Below are positions 41,428-50,721 of a stretch of 64,000 bases of DNA, piece by piece (positions within the stretch are counted from its first letter, which is position 1; the number at the start of each line of letters is the position of its first letter). The stretch comes from Phycisphaerales bacterium. GTDB lineage: Bacteria > Planctomycetota > Phycisphaerae > Phycisphaerales > UBA1924. The notes beneath the pieces were generated by a model. That model was given only the letters and a program-made list of their open reading frames with translations, was not told where the DNA came from and did no database searches. Position numbers and translations under genes: made by a program. The stretch lies in NCBI GenBank assembly GCA_038225655.1, contig JBBRQY010000003.1:265323-329322 (forward strand), in the 5' to 3' direction.

Positions 41428-41799
41428 ATGAGCGACACAGCCACCGCAAAAGTACCAGAAGGTTCGATTCCCGACGAACTCGCCACGCGGTCCGCCCTGC
41501 GGATCGTCGGCGGCCAGGACCAACTCGACGCCCTCAAACGCGACGCGGCGACGTTCATCCCGCCCGCTGAACTCGCCCAATACAACGAGTGGTTGAAAAA
41601 TCCGAACACGCGGGCCGACACCGTGAAGTTGCTGATGCAGGAGCGTGACAATCACGCCCGCGTCAAGGCCGTTGAAGCACCCACGAACGTCCGCGACTAC
41701 AAGACGCTCGAACGCCGCGCCATGAACGGCGACGCCAAGGCCCAGCAACTCATCGCCAACCTCGACGTGTCCACCATCACCGTCCACCCAAGCCGCTGA
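41428..41799 (+). CDS. hypothetical protein
   Basis: ORF track 123 aa, with a GGAG-like RBS upstream (attggagc). Confidence 0.55.
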   Translation: MSDTATAKVPEGSIPDELATRSALRIVGGQDQLDALKRDAATFIPPAELAQYNEWLKNPNTRADTVKLLMQERDNHARVKAVEAPTNVRDYKTLERRAMNGDAKAQQLIANLDVSTITVHPSR

Positions 41800-41808
41800 G
41801 AACCCCCC

Positions 41809-42384
41809 ATGTCCGTCGTTCGCTCCATCGTCGCAGATGCTCAACATCAAGCCCGTGTCGCACTTCTTGTCCGCACACGCGAGATCATCGCGTGCCTTTG
41901 TCGCGTGGCCCGCCTGAGTGCGGACCAGAAACCGGCTGCACAAGACGCCACGATGCTCGGCGAACTTATGCGGCCGGGCGCGTTGCCCGAGGATCTGCAA
42001 TATGTTCACGTGCAGGGAGCCCCCAATCCGAGCAAGCAGCGGAACTGCTGGACCGCCGAAGAACTGGAGGCGATCGTTGATCAGTTGTCGAACTGCGTGG
42101 GCAAACTCAATGACTTGGAGGCCGCCGAAGCGAAGCTGAAAGCCGGCGGCGACCTTGCCGCCGCCGATGCCGCGTACCGGGCCGTCGGCGATCGCAACCG
42201 TCCACTCATCAAGAAACTTAAGGACGAGATCAAGAAGCTGGAGGAGGAAATCAGTGTCGCCGGAGAAGACGGCAGCTATATCAGGAGACTTCAGGAAGAC
42301 GTGGAGAAGGTGAAGAAACTTCCGCGGCAGTCGTTGGAGCTGAACGCCCAGTATTTCGCCGAAGCGTTGGGAGTGCCGGAGTAG
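41809..42384 (+). CDS. hypothetical coiled-coil protein
   Basis: ORF track 191 aa. 'LKDEIKKLEEEISVAGEDGSYIRRLQEDVEKVKKL'. Confidence 0.55.
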   Translation: MSVVRSIVADAQHQARVALLVRTREIIACLCRVARLSADQKPAAQDATMLGELMRPGALPEDLQYVHVQGAPNPSKQRNCWTAEELEAIVDQLSNCVGKLNDLEAAEAKLKAGGDLAAADAAYRAVGDRNRPLIKKLKDEIKKLEEEISVAGEDGSYIRRLQEDVEKVKKLPRQSLELNAQYFAEALGVPE

Positions 42385-42397
42385 GAACCGATTGCGA

Positions 42398-42814
42398 ATG
42401 ACCGAAGCACCGCCACAGACCAGTTCCCAGGTGCCGCCAGCGCCAGCCCGCAAGGTGTCCGTGCCGCTCGGTCAGCGAGAACTACTGCGAGCGAGTGAAG
42501 TGATGGCGATTTTCGGGTGGAAGCGTTCGAAGTTCTACGAGCACCTTCGCGAGTACAGGATTCCGCAGCCCGTCGAAGTGGGAGAAACGAAATTCTGGCG
42601 AAGACGCGAGCTTGCGGATTGGGTGGACGCAGGAGCACCGAACGTCGGCATGCGGGGTGACCATTGGAAGTGGGAGCCGGGCGTTCGGATGAAGCTCTCG
42701 ATCGTGCATGCGCAAATGGCCAGGCAACTCTCCGAGATGCGCACCGAGTGGAACCTGTTGGATGAACTGCTGAAAAAGGGCGATCGGATCATCAACCTAC
42801 GGAGCACCCAATGA
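42398..42814 (+). CDS. AlpA/excisionase-like HTH protein
   Basis: 'LLRASEVMAIFGWKRSKFYEHLREYRIPQPVEVGETKFWRRRELADWV'. Confidence 0.6.
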   Translation: MTEAPPQTSSQVPPAPARKVSVPLGQRELLRASEVMAIFGWKRSKFYEHLREYRIPQPVEVGETKFWRRRELADWVDAGAPNVGMRGDHWKWEPGVRMKLSIVHAQMARQLSEMRTEWNLLDELLKKGDRIINLRSTQ

Positions 42815-43056
42815 ACACCTACACCCCCGACCATCTCGTCCTCATCGCCGCGGCCGATCGCCGTCGCGTCCGGTGCTCGCCCGATCGTTTCCGTGACATG
42901 CTCTCCATCATCCACACGCCGCGCAGGATCGGATTCGGAGACACACTCAGGCGCGTTAACGGCACTGCGCGGTATGTCTTCACGCCGCTCACGATCGCCA
43001 TCGCCCTCGCCTTCACTCACCACGCGCCGCGGCGTCGGAATTCTCAACATGTCTGA
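42811..43056 (+). CDS. hypothetical small protein
   Basis: ORF track 81 aa. ATGA overlap upstream, and an 8-nt overlap with the next gene. Confidence 0.4.
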   Translation: MNTYTPDHLVLIAAADRRRVRCSPDRFRDMLSIIHTPRRIGFGDTLRRVNGTARYVFTPLTIAIALAFTHHAPRRRNSQHV

Positions 43057-45301
43057 CGACTATTCCGCCCTCGAAAATGGCTCGCCCAACGGGCCGCGCC
43101 GCATCCCACGCATCGGCTCCACGCCAAACCTCCCGCAGAACGTCGGGCCGACGAGTCTCGAACTGCCTTTTACCCCAGCCTATCCCTCCAATGGCGAGCG
43201 GATGGCGGATCAGTTGAGCCAGGCACTTGGACTCGCGGGGCAGGCCGGTAACGAACTCAATCACATCGCCCGCCAGCAACTGGAGCGCGACGCCGCCTTT
43301 GTCACGCGGAACGCCACCGAGCAACGGCATATGGATGAGTTGCGGAAGGGTGCAGGTGCCAACGCGTTTGCCATCGATCATCCTCAGGTCGCGTCCGATT
43401 TTGCCAACGGCAAACTTCCCGTTCCCATCGATGATCCGACCGACACCGTGAAGACCCTCGTCGAGGGGAGGATTCAGAAGTTGGAGTTGGACTCGGTAGC
43501 GGCGGACGAATTTCGCCGGCACGCCTACCCCGCCTACACCGGTCTCGCCGTCGCCGCCCGCGACAAGAATCGCGAGACCGCGAAGGCAGATTCATTCTCC
43601 CTGTTCGGCGACCGCGCCGTGCAGGCATCATCGGCGGACGAACTCGCTGCACTCTCGGCCAAGGCGAAGGAGATGTTTCCTTCCGCCACCGCCGATGAAA
43701 TCGCCGTCGCGATCCCCCTTCGTGCGATGGCAGACGCCGCGCACGTGGGCGACCCGGAGAAGTTTGCTGCCGCTCAGCAGGAACTCGGCACACGATTCGG
43801 TGACAAACAAGACATTGCCAAAGTGCTCCTCAACGACTCCGTTCGACGCAACCAATCGGCCGTGGACATGCAGTTTGAGGATGCCGTGTCGTCGAAGTAC
43901 GGCCAGCCCGCCGCCATCATCCGGCAGACCATCAACAGTTGGCAGGGCAAGGCCAGCCCTGAACGCATCCGCACCGAACTCCGGTCGGTCGATTCCGAGG
44001 AACGTGCTGCAAACGCCAAGGCGTACAGCGAGGCCAAGGCCATAGATCTGGAAAACCAGAAGGCCGATTTGGTCGCGAGCACGATCGAACTGATGCGAAG
44101 CGCCCGCGCCACTGGGGGCGCATCGCAGATTCCCGATCGCGTGCCGATCCAAGACCTCGACGGAGCCACGCATTACGTCCCTCGATCCGAAATGGTCGGA
44201 CCGGCCACGGATGCGGAGATGTTCCGGCTTGCGAAGATGCCGCCCGAACGCGCACTACCCGCACAGGTGGAGTTTTTGTCGAACAACGGGGAAACCTACG
44301 ACGGATGGAAACGAGTGATGGAAGCGGGGCCGATGGTGAGCAGCATCGACATCGACAAGGCCGGCCCGAAGGACATCCCCTCGAATCTGAGCAAGGGCTA
44401 CGCGTTGTACAAGAGCATCGGGGCCATCAATCCCCGCACACGCGACCGGCACATTCCCGACGCCTCCACGGGCCGATTTTACGAATTGGCAGAGCTCGCC
44501 GAGAAATACGTCACGCCGGGCGATCCCAACGCCGCACTGCTGTATGCAATGCGAGCCGCCAAGCGAGAGCCGTTCGGCGACAACCCCGCGCTGCAGGTGC
44601 GATCACAGCTCATCAATGACGAGATTGATCGCCGCGCGAGCAGCGGCTTGCTGTGGTGGAAGCAAACCGTCAACAACCCCAACGAAGTTGGAGCCGAGAC
44701 CGCTCGCGTCGCGGACCTCTATGTTCACTCGCTGGGCATTAGCCCCCAGTTGGCCGTCGATGAAGCTTCCAAACGCATCGACGCCAACTGGACCGTCGTA
44801 AACGATTGGGCGGTGCCAACCCGCGGACGCAACGTCCCCAGCGTGCTCCCCGCGGCCGCGAAGGTCATCGCCGACGAATACGCGAGGGTGCATGGAGCCG
44901 ACGAGGGGCTCACCGCCCGCGACCTGGTACTCCAGCCCGCCGACGTGCCGGGCTTGTGGGTGCTGACGAACAAGGCCACGCTCTCGCCCGTGAAATACTG
45001 GGCGACCGAAGGCCGCTTTACCGACTCCGACTTCGGCAAGCTACTCACCGACCTGCAGCGCGGCAAGGAAGATGCCGCCGCCGCGGAGGTTTCCCACGGG
45101 ATGAATCTGCCCGGCGCGTTCAAGAACGATCGCGACATGTTCAATGAGGCCGTGCGTTCTCGCATCACCGGTGATCCCATGCTGGCCGACCTACTGCCCG
45201 CCCCGCGCGTCGATCCCAAGCCCACACCGAAGCCGGTGCCTCGACCAGCTCCCTCTTCCTTCATGCCTGACATCCCCGGATCCGCACTCTCTCTCCCCTG
45301 A
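43049..45301 (+). CDS. large ORFan protein (750 aa)
   Basis: Start at ATG 43049 (MSDDYSALENGS...). Long alpha-helical-looking sequence with a Pro-rich C-terminus. No motif recognised. Confidence 0.75.
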   Translation: MSDDYSALENGSPNGPRRIPRIGSTPNLPQNVGPTSLELPFTPAYPSNGERMADQLSQALGLAGQAGNELNHIARQQLERDAAFVTRNATEQRHMDELRKGAGANAFAIDHPQVASDFANGKLPVPIDDPTDTVKTLVEGRIQKLELDSVAADEFRRHAYPAYTGLAVAARDKNRETAKADSFSLFGDRAVQASSADELAALSAKAKEMFPSATADEIAVAIPLRAMADAAHVGDPEKFAAAQQELGTRFGDKQDIAKVLLNDSVRRNQSAVDMQFEDAVSSKYGQPAAIIRQTINSWQGKASPERIRTELRSVDSEERAANAKAYSEAKAIDLENQKADLVASTIELMRSARATGGASQIPDRVPIQDLDGATHYVPRSEMVGPATDAEMFRLAKMPPERALPAQVEFLSNNGETYDGWKRVMEAGPMVSSIDIDKAGPKDIPSNLSKGYALYKSIGAINPRTRDRHIPDASTGRFYELAELAEKYVTPGDPNAALLYAMRAAKREPFGDNPALQVRSQLINDEIDRRASSGLLWWKQTVNNPNEVGAETARVADLYVHSLGISPQLAVDEASKRIDANWTVVNDWAVPTRGRNVPSVLPAAAKVIADEYARVHGADEGLTARDLVLQPADVPGLWVLTNKATLSPVKYWATEGRFTDSDFGKLLTDLQRGKEDAAAAEVSHGMNLPGAFKNDRDMFNEAVRSRITGDPMLADLLPAPRVDPKPTPKPVPRPAPSSFMPDIPGSALSLP

Positions 45302-45307
45302 CCGCCC

Positions 45308-48300
45308 ATGCCTGACATCGCCGACCTTGTACCCTCGACCGACTTTGCGCCACCCGCTTCCTCGCCATCGTCCGCGCCGGTTCCGCCACCCGGACTGTGG
45401 CAGATCGGCAAGGATGCCGCGTCCTCGGAGTGGGTGTCATCGTGGGCCATCCGGCAGTTTGATCGCGCGGCCTACACCTACGACCCGTACTTCTCGCTGG
45501 ATGCCGACAAGGTGAAGTCGCTCGGCGATGGGCTCCCGGTGGAGTATTGGTCGAGATTCGGCGAAGCACAGAGTGACACAGAAGCGCAGGCCATCCGCCG
45601 GCAACTGCTGGACGTGTACGGTGCTCGCCAGCGGCTCGGACAAGCAGGGTGGACCGGCCGGGCGGCTCAGATCGGTGCGAGCATCATCGACCCCGCCGCG
45701 ATCGCCGTGACGCTCGGCACGGCCGGGCTCGGCGGGGAGGTTGCGTACGGGGGCAAGGCCGCCCGTCTGGGGATGTTGCTCCGTTCCGGTCTCGCCGTGG
45801 GTGGAGTCAATGCCGGATTGGAGGGATACCGCGCTACACAGGATCCAGAAGTAGGGACCGCCCAGGTACTCGGCGCAGGACTTGGCGGGTTCGGGTTCGG
45901 CGTCGGCTCCGCTGCGACTCGCGGGCTGGGCCGTGGTGCTCGCGTGCTGGGTGCAGGGCTGGGGCAAAGCATCCCGACCATGGCCGTTGACACCATCGAC
46001 GCCCTGACGGACGATCAGAAGACCGCCCGCGACGTGGTGTACGCCGGGGCGTTCTCGTTTGCGATGGGTGGTATCCTCAACGGGCTCCATCGCACCGACC
46101 CTGGCGAGCGCGACGCGGCCATCCGGGCTCGCAAGGCCATCGAACTCGAGGACGTGAAGACTTCCGGGGCGACAGTGACCCCGAAGGGCGAGGCTTACTT
46201 TCGCGACGTGAGTCCCGACGCCGAGGCCCAGACCGTCGCCCGGCTCACGGACAAGACTGAAGCCGCCCCAGGTGCCGTGGTGTCTCCGCTACCCGCCGAG
46301 GCCACTGCGCGACCGCTCACTGAACTTGAACGCATCGACGCCGAAGTCTCTGCCACGCTCAAGGGCCAACAACCCAAGGTACGGGCTGAAGCGTTCGCCC
46401 GCGAGATCATCACGTCGGGCTGGTTCGACCCGGCAACCCAGAAGGCCACGCTACGCGAGGAACTCGTAAACCGCTTCGGCGTTGGCGCCGGGGTGGCCGA
46501 CCGGATGATCACACGCATCAGCCCCGAGGCCCCCCCCACCCCCACCGCCGCCGGCGAGAAGCTCCGACAGCCCGCCCTATCCCTCGCCGAGCATGCTGAA
46601 CTTGATCGTCGCCTCGCCGAAGTGCCCACCGCGCCCGCCGATGACACCGGCATGCGAATCGGTGGGAACAAACTGGGCCAGGGCGTGCGTCCTGCCATTG
46701 CTGATCAGATTGCCGCCGACGCCGCGCCGGTTTTTGGCGAACGGCTCCAGATTCCCACCGGTGCCGTCCCCGAGTCTCTGCGCCCATCAACCCCGGGCGA
46801 GAAACTGCACCTCCCGGCCATGCTCAATGCCGAAGAGGCCGCCGCCCGCCGCTACGACTACTCAGAACTCGGTGGCCAGTCCGTCACGTTCTCCGACGCC
46901 TTCGCCCTGGCCAAGGCCCTCAACGAAGCCACGCCTGGCCGCGACTACGCCGTCGTGGAGACCGGCGACGGCTTCACCGTGGCGAGCCGCAAGGTGTCCG
47001 AACCCGTCGCCCCCAAGGGCAGGCCCCGCGACGTGGCGACGTATGTGCCGCCAGAGCCGATGAAGATGCCCAAGCTCGTGCGGGCGACTCCGGCCGAGAT
47101 CGCTCTCCGCTCCGAAATGCTGCGAACCGCCGTGCCGACGATGGACCGGGCCGACGCCGTGGACATCGCCGGGCGGGAGATCGCCCGCGAGCGTGCACAG
47201 CAAGTCGTCGAGCAGCTCCACCCTGCCCCTCGCGATCCCGACTCACCTGGTCCCCAGTTTGCCATCGGGGCCGCGTCTCAGTCCGCGATGGAGGCCGGGC
47301 TGTACGAACAGGCCACCCAGCGGGGCGAAAAACTCCCCGGCGACTTGAACCTCTCGAACACCACCGACGCGGGGGCGTACAACCCAAGCGTCGTGGGCGT
47401 CAATGTTCGCCAGAGCATTGCGGGGCTCAACGGGGTCAGCGAGTCCGGGGCCGTTCGCCGCCTCACTGCGATGCTCGTGGAAGACCCCACCGCCAAGGCC
47501 GACAACTCCCCCAGCCGCCAGTCTGCGAGCGAGTGGGGCCGCCTCAAGTTTGAGACAGATGTCAACCGCTTCCTCCGCTCGCACTTTGACGACTTCGTGG
47601 ACTGGGCGAACCGCAACGGCAAGCCCGTGTCGATGCTCCGCCCTTTCGCCCGTGCCAAGGCGTTTGCTGAGTTTTCCGAGATGGTGGGCCGGGCTGTGCG
47701 CCGCGAAGAGGGCGCATTCAGCGACGATCCCGCCGTCAACCGTGCCGCGAATAATGTCCGCGACGGTCTCGACAAACTCTGGATGCTCCAGAATCGGTAT
47801 CAGGTGCCCGGCTTCGACCAGGTGACGCCGGCGCACAACTACTTGACCAGAATCTGGAACCTCACGAAGCTGAACGCCCTGACCGAACGATTCGGGGCCG
47901 CCACCATCGAGAAGCTCGTCGCCCAGGCCATCGAGAACCGCACGCCGAATGTCGGCACGGAGCGGGCGACAATCTTCGCCAAGGGGATGCTCCGCACGAT
48001 TCGCGAGGCCAAGATGGGGTCGGAACTCGACCGGGGCCGCATCCTCGAGTTGCCCGACGTTGAAGTGCTCCGCAAGGCCATCCGCGACGCCGTGCCGGGC
48101 ATCAGCGATGCCACCGTCAATGACGTGCTCTATCACGTCGCCCCCGGCGAGGGCGACAACCTCCCGCCCCGGGCCCGCCGCCGCGTCATTCTAGACGAGA
48201 CCGCCAGCATCAACGCCATCGACCAGCGCACCGGCCAGCCCGCCCAACTGTCGATTGAAGACTTGCTGGAGAACAACGCCGCGAAGGTGTACGCCCGGTA

Positions 48301-49765
48301 CAGCCGTGATGCCTACGGCCGCTCCGCCGTCGCCGAAGTCATCCGGGCGAGCCGCACGAGCGACACCGACCCGCTCGACTCCGTGCAGGCCCTTCTCGAC
48401 CGGACCAGCCGCCAGGCGATGAGCGACTACGGCGTCACAAACCGCGATGCTGCAAAGAGTGTGGATGCCCAAATCGCTCGCCTCGAAGTCGCTTTCAAGT
48501 CCGTGCTTGGCCATCGACTTGGGGGGGACAGCCGACTTGCCGAAGGCGCTCGGTTGCTTCGCGCCTTCAACTACATGGCCGTCGGCGGTCGCGTCGGGCT
48601 CCACCACGCCCAGGACCTCGCCAGTGCCGTCGGGGAGGCGGGATTCGGCACCGTGCTCCGCTCCATCCCCTCTCTCGCCCGGCTCATCGCGTCGGCCGTG
48701 TCGGGCGAGATGAAGGATGAGACGATCCGCGAAGTCGAAGCCCTGTGGGCCGCGGGCACCGATCACTTCCGGGGCTCCATAGGGCACTACCTCGACCACG
48801 ACAGCCGTGTTCACTTCATGGGCGAGACCGCCGACGAGATGATCCGCGCCGGCGCCCGCACGATGAACGTCGTGAACTTCCTCGCACCCGTCGCCTCGTT
48901 CAACCAGCGGGCCGCCGCCATCTTCGCCGAACAGAAATGGCTCGACATTGCCAGGGCACGCAAGTCCATGAGCGTGGGCCGCCTCGCCGACATGGGGCTT
49001 ACTGTCCGCGAGGCCGACGACATCTCCGAGCAGATGCGACAGCACGCGACCACGCAGGCGGGGTTGTTCGGCCGCAAGATCGTCGCTGCCAACGTGAACC
49101 TCTGGGACGCTGACACCGCCGCCCGGTACATCGGGGCCGTGGATCGGTGGAGCCGCTCGGCCGTCGTTCGTGGGGACATCGGGCAACAGGCCAAATGGAT
49201 GACCAGCGACGCGGGCCAAATTTTGAGCCAGTTTCGGAACTTCACCATCGCCGCGCACGAGAAGAACCTCGTCCGCAACGGCCGCCGAATGGACGCCACC
49301 ACATTCAACAACTGGGCGATGACCACGCTCGCCGGTGCCATGGCCTACACCGTCAACGAGTACGTCAACTCTCTCGGCCGCAAGGATGCCGATAAGTACC
49401 GCCGCGAGAAACTCGACACGAAGGAAATCGCGAAGGCCGCATTTCAGCGCTCGTCCTGGTCGGCGTTCCTTCCCACCGCCATTGACACCGTGGCCACCGA
49501 CATCGGATACGACCCGCTGTTCGCGGGCGGACGATTCTCTGGGCTCTCGACCAACCTCGTCACCGGCAATCCGTCGTATTCGACGCTCGACTCGCTGTAT
49601 CACGCGCCGCACGCCCTCACCGCCCCGATGCACCGAGACTACCGCTTCTCACAGACCGATTTCCGCGTGCTCCGCAACCTGATCCCGTATCAGAACGCGT
49701 TCGGGATCAAGAACCTGCTGGACAGATTCGCCGAGGACTTGCCGCGGCGATCGAAGAACAATTGA
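45308..49765 (+). CDS. giant ORFan protein (1485 aa) with glycine-zipper hydrophobic region
   Basis: Starts 6 nt after the previous stop. Residues about 125-260 include 'IGASIIDPAAIAVTLGTAGLGG', 'AQVLGAGLGGFGFGVGSAA' and 'VVYAGAFSFAMGGILNGL'. Confidence 0.8.
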   Translation: MPDIADLVPSTDFAPPASSPSSAPVPPPGLWQIGKDAASSEWVSSWAIRQFDRAAYTYDPYFSLDADKVKSLGDGLPVEYWSRFGEAQSDTEAQAIRRQLLDVYGARQRLGQAGWTGRAAQIGASIIDPAAIAVTLGTAGLGGEVAYGGKAARLGMLLRSGLAVGGVNAGLEGYRATQDPEVGTAQVLGAGLGGFGFGVGSAATRGLGRGARVLGAGLGQSIPTMAVDTIDALTDDQKTARDVVYAGAFSFAMGGILNGLHRTDPGERDAAIRARKAIELEDVKTSGATVTPKGEAYFRDVSPDAEAQTVARLTDKTEAAPGAVVSPLPAEATARPLTELERIDAEVSATLKGQQPKVRAEAFAREIITSGWFDPATQKATLREELVNRFGVGAGVADRMITRISPEAPPTPTAAGEKLRQPALSLAEHAELDRRLAEVPTAPADDTGMRIGGNKLGQGVRPAIADQIAADAAPVFGERLQIPTGAVPESLRPSTPGEKLHLPAMLNAEEAAARRYDYSELGGQSVTFSDAFALAKALNEATPGRDYAVVETGDGFTVASRKVSEPVAPKGRPRDVATYVPPEPMKMPKLVRATPAEIALRSEMLRTAVPTMDRADAVDIAGREIARERAQQVVEQLHPAPRDPDSPGPQFAIGAASQSAMEAGLYEQATQRGEKLPGDLNLSNTTDAGAYNPSVVGVNVRQSIAGLNGVSESGAVRRLTAMLVEDPTAKADNSPSRQSASEWGRLKFETDVNRFLRSHFDDFVDWANRNGKPVSMLRPFARAKAFAEFSEMVGRAVRREEGAFSDDPAVNRAANNVRDGLDKLWMLQNRYQVPGFDQVTPAHNYLTRIWNLTKLNALTERFGAATIEKLVAQAIENRTPNVGTERATIFAKGMLRTIREAKMGSELDRGRILELPDVEVLRKAIRDAVPGISDATVNDVLYHVAPGEGDNLPPRARRRVILDETASINAIDQRTGQPAQLSIEDLLENNAAKVYARYSRDAYGRSAVAEVIRASRTSDTDPLDSVQALLDRTSRQAMSDYGVTNRDAAKSVDAQIARLEVAFKSVLGHRLGGDSRLAEGARLLRAFNYMAVGGRVGLHHAQDLASAVGEAGFGTVLRSIPSLARLIASAVSGEMKDETIREVEALWAAGTDHFRGSIGHYLDHDSRVHFMGETADEMIRAGARTMNVVNFLAPVASFNQRAAAIFAEQKWLDIARARKSMSVGRLADMGLTVREADDISEQMRQHATTQAGLFGRKIVAANVNLWDADTAARYIGAVDRWSRSAVVRGDIGQQAKWMTSDAGQILSQFRNFTIAAHEKNLVRNGRRMDATTFNNWAMTTLAGAMAYTVNEYVNSLGRKDADKYRREKLDTKEIAKAAFQRSSWSAFLPTAIDTVATDIGYDPLFAGGRFSGLSTNLVTGNPSYSTLDSLYHAPHALTAPMHRDYRFSQTDFRVLRNLIPYQNAFGIKNLLDRFAEDLPRRSKNN

Positions 49766-49925
49766 CGGCGTTCATCGCTGGTTCCGCACGTCTTGCCTCG
49801 TGGTATTCGTACCACAAGCCAACGCAATCACGTGAGATTTGCCTCGTTTTTGCACAGACTTGCACCAAGTGGCGATTAGTGCTATTCTTGCTGTGAATCC
49901 GCTGTTTTTGGCATCGGCACCCGTC

Positions 49926-49969
49926 TTTCCAAACTGAATGTTGCGCGTTCGAGTCGCGTCGCCCGCTTT
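49926..49969 (+). repeat. attR (44-bp direct repeat, tRNA-Trp 3' fragment)
   Basis: Identical to 33744-33787. Confidence 0.9.
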
Positions 49970-50020
49970 TCCTGTTCATTGGCACCCCACGCCGCACCAT
50001 CGAATCCACGGAGATTCCCC

Positions 50021-50560
50021 ATGAACGCCGCTACACGCACTGTTCTTTCCATGACGGCCTGCATCGCCCTCGGATTCTCCGCCGCCGTCATGCTCGGCTT
50101 CGGCGGTGCGCCCGGCGCAGAGCCCCACGAAGGCCAGCCCGTGTCTCTCGACGCCATTCCCGCCGCCGTCAAAGCCGCCGTCGAGGCACACGCGCCCGGC
50201 GCCACCCACGAGAAGGCCTGGAAGGTCGTTGAGAACGACACGACTTTCTACTCCCTCCGCGGCAAGGCGAAGGACGGCGACAAGGTCGAGTTCAAGGCCC
50301 TCGAAAGCGGGCGCCTCGTCGAAGTCATCCACGACATGACCCCCGACAAAGTCCCCGCCGACGTCGCCGATCAGATTAAGAAACTTCTCCCCACCGCCAC
50401 AATCACCGGTGGCGAACGCCACATGGGCATCCGCTGGCGCATCGAAGTGAAGGACGGCAGCAAGATGAAGGAAGTCATCCTCCGCGCCGACGGCAAGCAC
50501 GTTATCCGCGACGCCGAAGCCCCCGCCAAGCCCCTTGACGCCAAGCCGCCTACGAAGTAA
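50021..50560 (+). CDS. secreted hypothetical protein (PepSY-like repeats?)
   Basis: Signal peptide 'MNAATRTVLSMTACIALGFSAAVMLG'. Two 'K...E.....G....V' beta-hairpin-like modules. Confidence 0.55.
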   Translation: MNAATRTVLSMTACIALGFSAAVMLGFGGAPGAEPHEGQPVSLDAIPAAVKAAVEAHAPGATHEKAWKVVENDTTFYSLRGKAKDGDKVEFKALESGRLVEVIHDMTPDKVPADVADQIKKLLPTATITGGERHMGIRWRIEVKDGSKMKEVILRADGKHVIRDAEAPAKPLDAKPPTK

Positions 50561-50721
50561 TCATCGAGCCCTTCGCACGAACTTTGTACCCGTTTTCATC
50601 CCGATTCATGGGGTGGATTCGGGTGTTTCATGGCACATGTAAAAAGTTCGCTTGACACAACGCCCCACACAGGCGATTGTATAGCTGGGCGTGCATCTCG
50701 TGGCTCGCCGGGAGACCTCCC

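Larger units (their letters stand above)
33744..49969 (+). mobile_element. 16.2-kb integrated element (prophage-like / satellite-like island) in the tRNA-Trp 3' end
   Basis: Perfect 44-bp direct repeats at both ends. The integrase sits adjacent to the tRNA. Phage-type regulatory genes are present. Confidence 0.85.
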
